A program made the position numbers and the translations under genes. Positions 31,309 through 39,919 of a stretch of 64,000 nt of DNA are shown in pieces. Location: assembly GCA_930980855.1 (NCBI GenBank), contig CAKNIZ010000001.1, positions 87,198 to 151,197 on the forward strand, in the 5' to 3' direction. How positions within the stretch are numbered: position 1 is the first letter of the stretch; every line of letters starts with the position of its first letter. Below the pieces are notes generated by a model. The model worked only from the letters and a program-made list of their open reading frames with translations, was not told the DNA's origin and searched no databases. This stretch comes from an uncultured Clostridium sp. (lineage in GTDB: Bacteria > Bacillota > Clostridia > TANB77 > CAG-508).

Positions 31309-31336
31309 CTTTCTAATTTTTTACAAAATTAGAAAG
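31309..31336 (-). promoter_or_regulatory. hairpin immediately 3' of VR (DGR homing stem-loop candidate)
   Basis: CTTTCTAATTTT-TTAC-AAAATTAGAAAG is a perfect 12-bp stem overlapping the target stop codon. It is absent at the equivalent position next to the TR. Confidence 0.55.
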
Positions 31337-32402
31337 TCGCCGCCAGACGCACGTAGCGAGTGACGTTCACACCGTTGGTGAAAATGTTGCCGTAGGAAAA
31401 GTTCGCGATAAAAGCGGTGTCAGTATAGTCCTGCGAAGACGACCAGCACCACGAACTAAGACCGTAGTCGTCATAATTGCTTGACGTAATATTTAGTGGT
31501 TCTAGTACCTCTCCTCCAAATGCTGCCCATTCTGATCTTGATGGAACGAACCATCCTTTTTCTATTTTGCTTTTTCCATCTTCTTCTTTTGTCTGGATTA
31601 TTCCCCACATATCATTTGCATTTTGATTTCCGTATTCTGGTACATTCCAACTTGCTATCATTCTATTTGTATTTTTTCTTCCTGTTGGTTCCTCTCCAGC
31701 TTTTGCAAAGTCATTTTCTGTATCATCTACATTATACTGACTGTCTAAGTCTCCTTCTTTATACCAATAATGTGTGTTAGCATCAAAATCATCCAATGCC
31801 ATTACATAAAATCTTTCATTTCCTTGGCTTCCTTTTACTGGCGCTACTACTTTTCCAGTTCCAAAGTCATCTGTTACTTCCTCTTCTTTTACATAATATT
31901 CTTTAAATCTTCTCTCTACTGGAATTGTATAATCTCCCCAGTTATCTCCCCAATTTCCATCTCCAGTATTTCCTCTAGCTAGGTCCGCAAATATTATTCC
32001 ATCTACTGTTCCATTATCATCTATATCTGCATAATAGCATGTTCCACTTTCTGTTTCTGGAAATTTCTCTATTTCTACCCTTGTTCCTGTTATTTTTACC
32101 CCATTTACATACGCTGTTTTTCCTAATGCAATATCTTCTGGAGTTGCATTAGCATCAGATGTATCTAGTACTTCTAATGTTCCTGTTATTCCACCTATTG
32201 TTATTCCCTTTTTTATATTATTCGCTATTAAACTTGAATTTGTATTTTCTCCTGCTAAATAGTTTTCTACTTTTGCTTGTTGTTTTACTACTACATTTCT
32301 TATTAGTATACTTCCTATTATTATTACGATTAAAACTATTACTGTAATTAATATTATTAATCTCTTTTTCTTATCATCTTGCATTTTAATTTGTTTTTTC
32401 AT
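31329..32402 (-). CDS. DGR target protein: membrane-anchored, C-terminal C-type-lectin-like/DUF1566-like variable domain
   Basis: An N-terminal TM is present. The C-terminal GWFVPSRSEWAAFGG...SWCWSSSQ is followed by the VR (last 41 aa, ...RYVRLAATF). Confidence 0.8.
   Translation of the reverse strand: MKKQIKMQDDKKKRLIILITVIVLIVIIIGSILIRNVVVKQQAKVENYLAGENTNSSLIANNIKKGITIGGITGTLEVLDTSDANATPEDIALGKTAYVNGVKITGTRVEIEKFPETESGTCYYADIDDNGTVDGIIFADLARGNTGDGNWGDNWGDYTIPVERRFKEYYVKEEEVTDDFGTGKVVAPVKGSQGNERFYVMALDDFDANTHYWYKEGDLDSQYNVDDTENDFAKAGEEPTGRKNTNRMIASWNVPEYGNQNANDMWGIIQTKEEDGKSKIEKGWFVPSRSEWAAFGGEVLEPLNITSSNYDDYGLSSWCWSSSQDYTDTAFIANFSYGNIFTNGVNVTRYVRLAATF
31337..31461 (-). repeat. DGR variable repeat (VR)
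   Basis: Across the 79 variable positions, the TR and VR differ at 20 sites, and every one is a TR adenine on the coding strand. The flanking 46 bp are identical, and a GC-rich GTCTGGCGGCGA IMH-like box lies at the 3' end. Confidence 0.85.
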
Positions 32403-32531
32403 TTTTTTCCTCCATTGTAATTTTATTTGTTTTCCATAACAAAAAAGCCATATACTTTAAACAAATTTTAGGTTTGCTTAAAATACATAGCTTTTTTTCT
32501 ATGTTTGTTTTTTATTTTATTAAATCTTACG

Positions 32532-32550
32532 ATATATATATATATATATA
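32532..32550. repeat. (AT)9 dinucleotide microsatellite
   Basis: GATATATATATATATATATAC lies in the leader region upstream of the DGR target gene. Confidence 0.8.
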
Positions 32551-32615
32551 CAGCCCCAAGGCTTTCAGCAATTTTCATATTCGTTTTTGCCTTTCTTTTT
32601 TTAATATTCAACACT

Positions 32616-32644
32616 ATTTTACATTTTTAAAAGAAGTTTGTCAA
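32616..32644 (-). promoter_or_regulatory. candidate promoter for DGR target (TTGACA-17-TAAAAT on minus strand)
   Basis: On the minus strand, -35 TTGACA (32644..32639) and -10 TAAAAT (32621..32616) are separated by a 17-nt spacer. Confidence 0.4.
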
Positions 32645-32681
32645 CTATTTTTTTATAAATATAAAATTTGCGTATAGTTTG

Positions 32682-33629
32682 TTATAAGCCTTTTATCTCT
32701 TCTTCACTCAATCCTGTTATTTCCTCTATATCTTCCTCTTTCATTCCTTTTTCTTTCATTTTTTTTGCAATTTGCATTTGTTTTGATTTTTCTCCTTCTG
32801 CAATTCCAACCTTTTTGCCCTTTATAATTCCTTCTTCTATTCCAGCTTCTCTTGCTCCAGCCATTCCACTATCATAATTGTATTTTGCCATTAATCTTGC
32901 TTCATATAGTTCTCTTTCTTTTGGGTCCATACTCATTTCATCTACTAATATTCCTGCTTTTTTTACTTCTTCATTCTTATCCTCTGCCATTTTGATTTTT
33001 TCCTCCCTTCCACTTATTAGCCATAGCCACTGTTCTAGCTTTCCTTCTACTCCTGGATTCTTTTTTATAAATTTCGGCATTTCTATAAAGTGCATTTCTA
33101 ATTCTTCTGTTGCATTTTCATCTTCTACTTTGTATCCCATATCTACATATTCATTTGGTTTTATTTTTTCAAATTTCATATGTGCTACATGATGGTAACT
33201 TCCTCTTTTATATAATATGTAGTTTAGTATTATTATAACTATTGATTTTTTTAATGCTCTATAATCTTCTGTTTTTTGGATTTGCGTTGCGATGTTTTTG
33301 CACATATATACTGTTGACCTTTGTTTCATATTGTATTCATCACTTACTTGCATTTCAATATCTACTACTGTATTCCCATTGATTTCTGCTTTTATATCCA
33401 GTATACTTGCTTTTTCTTCTATTAGCTCCTTTGGTATTTCGCTATTCCTTACCTCTAAATTTGTTATTTTTACTTCTAGTATTGCTTCTAATAGGTCTTT
33501 TAAAATTCCTGTTGTTCCTTCTTTAGTAAATGTACGTTTGAATATGTAATCATTTAATAAAGGTAATTTCTCTGGCTTTGCCATTTTTCCTCCTTCTATT
33601 CTAACAAATTGTTTACGTTTTTTCAACAA
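32682..33629 (-). CDS. Rpn/YhgA-family recombination-promoting nuclease (paralog of 1635-2555)
   Basis: LLNDYIFKRTF at the N-terminus and C-terminal EAGIEEGIIKGKKVGIAEGEKS repeats match the family. The final ...ITGLSEEEIKGL motif is shared with the paralog. Confidence 0.75.
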   Translation of the reverse strand: MLKKRKQFVRIEGGKMAKPEKLPLLNDYIFKRTFTKEGTTGILKDLLEAILEVKITNLEVRNSEIPKELIEEKASILDIKAEINGNTVVDIEMQVSDEYNMKQRSTVYMCKNIATQIQKTEDYRALKKSIVIIILNYILYKRGSYHHVAHMKFEKIKPNEYVDMGYKVEDENATEELEMHFIEMPKFIKKNPGVEGKLEQWLWLISGREEKIKMAEDKNEEVKKAGILVDEMSMDPKERELYEARLMAKYNYDSGMAGAREAGIEEGIIKGKKVGIAEGEKSKQMQIAKKMKEKGMKEEDIEEITGLSEEEIKGL

Positions 33630-33727
33630 CTTATTGAAATTATTTTTTATTTATGAATTTAGCTTTTTATTTAATTACCTTTACTTTTTATATTGAATTA
33701 AGATTTTTGACATATTTTTCAGTTGTG

Positions 33728-34429
33728 TTATTTTACTTTATATAACTTGAAATCTAAGTAATCTGCACTTACTAATTTAAAATCTATTCCTTCATAGTCT
33801 CCTTCAAACGCTTCTTCATGTGCTTTTCCGTGCAAATGTCCATATATGCAAGTCTTAACTTTATTTTCTTTTAGAATTTCTACATAATTTGATGATACTA
33901 CTTCATCAGTATTCTTTTTTATAGGAGGATAATGCATAATACATATCATTTCTTTATTTTCACCATTTTTCAGTCCATCTTGTATAGATAGTTTCAATCT
34001 TTCTTCTTCTCTATGATTCATCCTATTTCCGTTTTCTGTATCATTTAATGCCCATCCTCTGGTTCCAACAATTATTTTATCTTCATATCCATAACTATTA
34101 TTATATAAAAATTCTATATTATTAAATTCATTTTCTTTTACAAATTCTCTCATTTTTGCAAGAGTAGTCCACCAATAATCATGATTTCCTTTTAATAAAA
34201 GCTTTTTTCCTGGCAAATTATTTAAATATTCAAAATCATTATACATATCTTTTAAATGCATTTCCCATGAAAAATCCCCTGGCATAAGCACTAAGTCTTC
34301 ATCTTTTACTGTCTCAATCCAGTTTTCTTTTATTTTTTCTTCATGCTTTTCCCAATTATCCCCAAATATATTCATTGGCTTTTCTTTATTTAGAGATAAA
34401 TGCAAATCTCCTATTGCATAAATTGCCAT
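33728..34429 (-). CDS. metallophosphoesterase family protein
   Basis: AIGDLHL...GDF..GNHD...HYPP motifs are present. Confidence 0.65.
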   Translation of the reverse strand: MAIYAIGDLHLSLNKEKPMNIFGDNWEKHEEKIKENWIETVKDEDLVLMPGDFSWEMHLKDMYNDFEYLNNLPGKKLLLKGNHDYWWTTLAKMREFVKENEFNNIEFLYNNSYGYEDKIIVGTRGWALNDTENGNRMNHREEERLKLSIQDGLKNGENKEMICIMHYPPIKKNTDEVVSSNYVEILKENKVKTCIYGHLHGKAHEEAFEGDYEGIDFKLVSADYLDFKLYKVK

Positions 34430-34438
34430 TTTTTCCTC

Positions 34439-35428
34439 CTAATCTAGTTTTAAATTTGGTACTGCATTTAATGCTAAATCATCTACTTTACCAGCCATAT
34501 AGTCATAATATCCCGCTGATGCTATCATTGCTGCATTATCTGTGCATAATTTCATATCTGGCATATATACATCTATTCCTTGTTTTTGTAGTTCTTCAAA
34601 TTCTTTTCTTATATAACTATTTGCTGATACACCACCTGCTAACACTATTTTTTTCATATTTGTTTTTTCTATTGCCGCCTTCACTTTTTCCATTAACATT
34701 TCGGTAATTGCTTTTTGAAAACTTGCACACAAATTTTCCTTATTTATATCAGGCTCTTTATGATGTAAATTTATTACTGCTGTTTTAATACCGCTAAAAC
34801 TAAAATCTAGACCTTCTACATGTGTTTTAGGTAATTCTATATTACTTACACCTTTTTCCGCTAATTTGTCTATTTTAGGTCCTCCTGGATACCCTAATCC
34901 TATTACTCTTGCTACTTTATCAAAAGCCTCTCCTATTGCATCATCTTTTGTTCTTCCTAAAACTTCAAAATCTGTATAATCTTTTACATGTACTATTTGT
35001 GTATTTCCTCCAGACATCATAATACATAGAAAAGGTGGTTTTAGATCTGGGTATGTAATATAGTTTGCGGCAATATGTCCCTCTATATGATTTACTCCTA
35101 CAAGTGGCTTATTTAATGCAAAACTTAATGCTTTTCCATAAGATAAACCTACAAGTAATGCTCCAACTAGACCAGGTCCATAAGTACATGCCACTATATC
35201 TATATTTTCAAAATGAATATTTGCATTTTGTATAGCCATTTTTGTAACTAAGGAAATATTATTTATATGATTCCTTGATGCTATTTCTGGAACAACTCCT
35301 CCATACAAAGTATGTATTGGAATTTGTGTATTTACTACATTTGACAAAACTTCTCTACCATTTTTAACTACTGATACTGCAGTTTCATCACAGCTTGATT
35401 CAATTCCTAGTGTATATATATCTTTCAT
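34439..35428 (-). CDS. tsaD: tRNA N6-adenosine threonylcarbamoyltransferase TsaD
   Basis: LGIESSCDETAVSVV and the Kae1/TsaD signature are present. Confidence 0.9.
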   Translation of the reverse strand: MKDIYTLGIESSCDETAVSVVKNGREVLSNVVNTQIPIHTLYGGVVPEIASRNHINNISLVTKMAIQNANIHFENIDIVACTYGPGLVGALLVGLSYGKALSFALNKPLVGVNHIEGHIAANYITYPDLKPPFLCIMMSGGNTQIVHVKDYTDFEVLGRTKDDAIGEAFDKVARVIGLGYPGGPKIDKLAEKGVSNIELPKTHVEGLDFSFSGIKTAVINLHHKEPDINKENLCASFQKAITEMLMEKVKAAIEKTNMKKIVLAGGVSANSYIRKEFEELQKQGIDVYMPDMKLCTDNAAMIASAGYYDYMAGKVDDLALNAVPNLKLD

Positions 35429-35480
35429 TTTATATCCCTTCTTTTACTTTAAAAGAGGATGAAATTTTATTTCATCCTTC

Positions 35481-36227
35481 CTATATTGCTAAACTAACAA
35501 TCCATCGTATTAGATTCAATAATCCTAGATTTATAAAATTGATTGCTGGTCTTATTATTAAACTTGCAATTGGTGTTATCCATAAAATTATAAAAACTAA
35601 ATATAATATTTTTTCATGTGATTCCACCCAATTTCTTGCATTTGTAGGTAAAAATGCTACTAATATTTTAGAACCATCTAATGGTGGTAGAGGAATCAAA
35701 TTAAATACTCCTAAACCTACATTCATTGTTATTATTGACAATATTATACTATTAACAACGAATCCACTTTCTGTAAATAAATAGACTCCTGTAAATGCTA
35801 ATAATAAACCATATATTATACTGAAAATTATTGCTATAATAAAATTCATTGCTGGTCCTGCAAAAGCTACTAATGCATTTCCTTTTCTTATTGAGATTGT
35901 TCTATTAAAATTGTTTGGATTTATTTGTACAGGTCTTCCCCAGCCAAATCCTGCAATAAGTAACATTGCAATTCCTACTGGATCCATATGCTTTAGTGGA
36001 TTTAAACTTAGTCTACCTTCTCTTCTTGGTGTATCATCTCCAAGTCTATCCGCCATCCACGCATGTGCGTATTCATGGAATGTTATTGCTATTAATACCC
36101 CTGGAACTGACAATACTAATGCAAGTAGTGCTCCTGGTGTATATAAATAATAACTTAAATTTTCTGCTACTAGAATGATAACTAATATTATCATCCATGA
36201 ATTCATTCCAAATCCTCCAAAAAACAT
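35481..36227 (-). CDS. site-2 protease family zinc metalloprotease (M50)
   Basis: HEYAHAW is the HExxH motif, and the protein is polytopic with the LDG motif (NLIPLPPLDGSK). Confidence 0.7.
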   Translation of the reverse strand: MFFGGFGMNSWMIILVIILVAENLSYYLYTPGALLALVLSVPGVLIAITFHEYAHAWMADRLGDDTPRREGRLSLNPLKHMDPVGIAMLLIAGFGWGRPVQINPNNFNRTISIRKGNALVAFAGPAMNFIIAIIFSIIYGLLLAFTGVYLFTESGFVVNSIILSIITMNVGLGVFNLIPLPPLDGSKILVAFLPTNARNWVESHEKILYLVFIILWITPIASLIIRPAINFINLGLLNLIRWIVSLAI

Positions 36228-36475
36228 TAAATCTCTCCTTTAAATATAAATTAATTTAGTGGCTTCATTGAGCAATTTTATAAAATGCTTGAAATCCTAT
36301 TTTTCTAATAAATTTCTTCAATATTTTTGCCTTGAAATATTGCTAATTTACAGCTACGGGAATAAATTCATTAAGATTAATTAGACTTTATTAAAATAAT
36401 AATTTTGCAATATTTCGCATTTATTATACCACATTTTTTTATTTTTTCAATTACTTAATCATCTTTTTTTTAATA

Positions 36476-37684
36476 TCATTTATTAAAAAAATCATCTATT
36501 TTCTCTATTTCTTTCTCTTTAAATTCATTAAACACATCTGTATATGTATTTAATGTTACTTGTATGTCTTTATGCCCTAATATTTTTTGAAGAACTACTG
36601 GACTAACTCCATTTTCTATACATCTAGTTGCAAATGTATGTCTTAGCATATGTGTATTTACTCTACTTTTTGTCATATCAAATTCATATACTTTTTTTAT
36701 TTTTCTTCCACTTTTTATGCTTGATCTTTTTTTATATACTCTAATATCTGCATTTTTACATAGTTTTTGAAATCTAGCATTAAAATTAGTAGCATGTATA
36801 AAACTTCCATTTTTCAAAAATAGAAATCCCTTTTTCTTATCTATTTTATATTCAATTAATTTATCGTACAGTACATTTAATATTGGCACATCTCTCATCC
36901 CTGCATAAGTTTTTGTTGTTTTTTCTAATAAAATTCTTCCTTTATCTACATGACTAAGTGTCTTTCTTACATATATTTTTTTATTTTCAAAATCTAGATC
37001 TTCCCTTTTTAGTGCCAAAATTTCACTTATTCTCATTCCTGTATAAATAGCTATATAAAATACAATAGTATAATCATCATATCCTTTATCTAACTCATTA
37101 ATAAATCTTTCTTGTTCTTTTATAGTCAATGCATCTACTTTTTTAGTTGCTTTATTAGACTTTGGTTTCATTAAATATCCTTTTAGTTCAAACGGATTTT
37201 TTTCTACAATATTCCTAATCCTCGCTTCATTGAATGCTCCTTGTAATTGTTGCCATACTTTGGTTATTACAGATTGTGAATATGAAACTAATACTTGGCT
37301 TTGAGAATTTATTATACTTCTTGTAACATTTTGAATTGGAATATTAGCATAGGGTAAAAGCTTTCTCATTATATCGATGCTTTCTCCTATTCTTATGTAT
37401 GATGCTCTTTTTATAGAATTAGTTTTATATTTTAGTTCTCTTATTTCTTCAGCTATATCTACTATTGATAAAGTATTGCCAACATCTTTCCCTGTTTGTT
37501 TTTCTCTTTGTAATAAATCTAATTTTTCTTTTACTTCTTTTCTTGTATCTCCATAAAATGTTTTTCTTATTTGTTTTCCATCTGAATTAACTCCTAAAGT
37601 AATTTGTCCTACCCATTTTTTCAATTTTTCTCTATAAAATATTGTTCCTTCTCCATTTCCTCTTTTACTTAAATTTCTTCCCAT
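36476..37684 (-). CDS. int: tyrosine recombinase/integrase, Tn916 Int-like
   Basis: The N-terminal KRGNGEGTI matches the Int-Tn DNA-binding domain. The C-terminal HMLRHTFAT...LGH...Y catalytic motifs are present. Confidence 0.9.
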   Translation of the reverse strand: MGRNLSKRGNGEGTIFYREKLKKWVGQITLGVNSDGKQIRKTFYGDTRKEVKEKLDLLQREKQTGKDVGNTLSIVDIAEEIRELKYKTNSIKRASYIRIGESIDIMRKLLPYANIPIQNVTRSIINSQSQVLVSYSQSVITKVWQQLQGAFNEARIRNIVEKNPFELKGYLMKPKSNKATKKVDALTIKEQERFINELDKGYDDYTIVFYIAIYTGMRISEILALKREDLDFENKKIYVRKTLSHVDKGRILLEKTTKTYAGMRDVPILNVLYDKLIEYKIDKKKGFLFLKNGSFIHATNFNARFQKLCKNADIRVYKKRSSIKSGRKIKKVYEFDMTKSRVNTHMLRHTFATRCIENGVSPVVLQKILGHKDIQVTLNTYTDVFNEFKEKEIEKIDDFFNK

Positions 37685-37711
37685 ATTTTCTCCTTTTCCT
37701 TAAATTGAAGA

Positions 37712-37969
37712 TCAGACAAATAATTGCTTTGCTATTTTTTCAAGTAGTACTTTTTTAGTTTCATCATCTGTGCAAAACTCATGAATAAATACTGCTCTTT
37801 TATCTGCAATAAGATTAGCTCCACAATTTTTAATTAAAGGAAAATTTAAACTATGAAATCTCTCCCTTGCCTTTACTATTCCTATTCCTCTCCAGTCCGA
37901 ATATATTTCTGGAGTAATTGTATCTGGCAAATCTTCAAATTTAATATTTGATTTTTTTACTTTCATCAA
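37712..37969 (-). CDS. small protein immediately upstream of int (positional excisionase candidate)
   Basis: Only position supports this. No recognisable Xis motif was found. Confidence 0.3.
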   Translation of the reverse strand: MMKVKKSNIKFEDLPDTITPEIYSDWRGIGIVKARERFHSLNFPLIKNCGANLIADKRAVFIHEFCTDDETKKVLLEKIAKQLFV

Positions 37970-38110
37970 ACCCTCCTATCTAAAATAGCTAGTCTTTGAT
38001 ATAATCAAAGACTAGCTGATTTTTTATTATTTTTGAAATGTATAAATCTTACTTTTCCACACTTGACACTATAATAATATTTTTATTTAAACATTATCTT
38101 CTACAAATCA

Positions 38111-38480
38111 TTACTTCTTATTTAATAAAATCTCTGCATATTGTTCTGCCTCTTTTTTAGAATGTAATTCTTGTAAAGGCTCATAAAACATTTGCATATT
38201 TTTTATATTTACTTCATTTGCAGAATTTAATAAATTATGTAATGCAATTAAACCGTATGAAACAACTTGTTTCCAATTATATGTTTTTCTTTCCATCATA
38301 ACCTCCAAAATTTTTTCTATTTATTTTCTTTTCTTGATATTCGTTCAAATATTTAATTTGTTCTTCATCCTCTAATTCTTGTTCTTCTGGTGTCTTTCTA
38401 CTTCCACCTATAATAATTAGAATTAAAGGTAGTCCTATTAATATAAAAATTAATGTAGCTATTGAAATAATATCTAACAT
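38111..38480 (-). CDS. two overlapping small ORFs (65 and 67 aa), one with a TM helix
   Basis: ORFs 38111-38308 and 38277-38480 occupy the position of Tn916 orf5. Confidence 0.25.
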
Positions 38481-38908
38481 TTCTTTTGCCTCCAGTTTTC
38501 TAATTAGGGCTATTGGGGGAATAACCCTAATTAAGATATTATTATTTTCTTACTTTTCCCATTTGTCAGACTGCTATTGTTTCTAGCAACATTGGAATTT
38601 CACCAACCAGAACTCTGGCTTGTACTCATTGCGTGTGACGCACCATTATAAAAGTATTATGGACTACCTTTATAACTTTACGCTCGTGCTGTGACTATAC
38701 AAAAGTTTCTTAAGCTGCATTCACAATAAGATAACATTCCTATTGTTAATTTAGATGGTCGCTACCCCACCTAAAACGCAACTCTTGTATGATCCAACAA
38801 ATACATTATTCAATTTTCAATGTGCAATCCATACCAGAAGTTTTTTACACTTCTACTATGAACAGCACTTGAAAACGAAAAAGGTTACGATTTTTTTTAT
38901 AAATTTTT

Positions 38909-39121
38909 TTATTTAGCCAATTTTTCTGCAAAATTTCCTTCTTTTACTACACTAATTGCGTATTCAATTAAAATACTTTTTAAATCTTGATCTATAACAT
39001 TTCTTTCATTTAATGAATATTTATCAATGAGAGGCATTATTTTTCCTATTACTAAAATCATTGATACTTCATCTGTTCTAGCTTTTACTAATATCTCATA
39101 AAACCTTGTTCTATTTTTCAT
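38909..39121 (-). CDS. small regulatory protein, Tn916 Orf8-position
   Basis: The 70-aa ORF overlaps the end of the sigma-like gene. Confidence 0.35.
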   Translation of the reverse strand: MKNRTRFYEILVKARTDEVSMILVIGKIMPLIDKYSLNERNVIDQDLKSILIEYAISVVKEGNFAEKLAK

Positions 39122-39530
39122 GATCGTCCTCCATATATTTTTTTAAATTATTTATTGCTCTTAATTTCAATTGTTTTACTGCATTTTCGTTTATATTCAT
39201 TTCTTCAGCAATAACTTTTATTTTTTTATTTTCATAATAGTATTTAACTATCACTTTCCTTTGATTTTCATTTAATTTACTTAAAGCAAACTTTAAATCG
39301 TTTTTACTAAAAAAAGAATGGTCAGAATTCCCCCTATTAGATAACTCTTTCCATTCTTCATTTGACATAGATATTTCCTTTTCTAATAAATATTTTTTAT
39401 GTCTTAAATAGTTTAGTCGCCTGTTTAATAAAGCCTTTCTCATATAATTTATGTATCTTGCAAATACAATATCATTTGAAAACTCTTTTTCTTGATATAT
39501 ACATTTTTCGTCAATATCCTTTCTTTTCAT
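39111..39530 (-). CDS. sigma-70 region-4-containing small sigma-like factor (Tn916 Orf7-like)
   Basis: The C-terminal LSKLNENQRKVIVKYYYENKKIKVIAEEMNINENAVKQLKLRA is a sigma region 4 HTH. Confidence 0.6.
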   Translation of the reverse strand: MKRKDIDEKCIYQEKEFSNDIVFARYINYMRKALLNRRLNYLRHKKYLLEKEISMSNEEWKELSNRGNSDHSFFSKNDLKFALSKLNENQRKVIVKYYYENKKIKVIAEEMNINENAVKQLKLRAINNLKKYMEDDHEK

Positions 39531-39919
39531 TTTCTATCTCCAATCTTTTAGATTGGACAAATGCCTGAAAAATCAAAGAAAGTTATTAACTTATCTTTTT
39601 ATTTTCTATTTAATTATTACCCCATATTTAATACCTCCCCATAACAAAAATCTGTAAAATACTACAGCATATTTTTTAGCATCTTTTGAATCTTATTTTT
39701 TATCTACTGTGCTTTAATATACTTCCTTCAATTTTACAGACTTCTGTCCTAGAAAAAAGCATATACTCTTTTTTCTAGTTTGTCATAGAATCAGCAAAAA
39801 TACGCACAAATACGCAAAAATCAGCTTTTTTTGTCGAACAATTAGGAGGTTATATAACCAATGGTTATTTGTTCTTTCTTATGGTAAAATCTGTATATCA
39901 TTATTAGGAGGGTTTTATT

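Noticed and set aside
37712-37969. Confident annotation of the int-adjacent 85-aa ORF as Xis
   Set aside because: Only position supports it. The sequence shows no similarity I can recognise to Tn916 Xis or to MerR-like excisionases, so it is kept as a low-confidence positional candidate only.
38530-38900. Group II intron or IS remnant in the ORF-free ICE segment
   Set aside because: No domain V-like GAGC...GAAA...GTTC motif, no 5' GTGYG, and no reverse transcriptase or transposase remnant are visible. This is left as an unassigned non-coding region.
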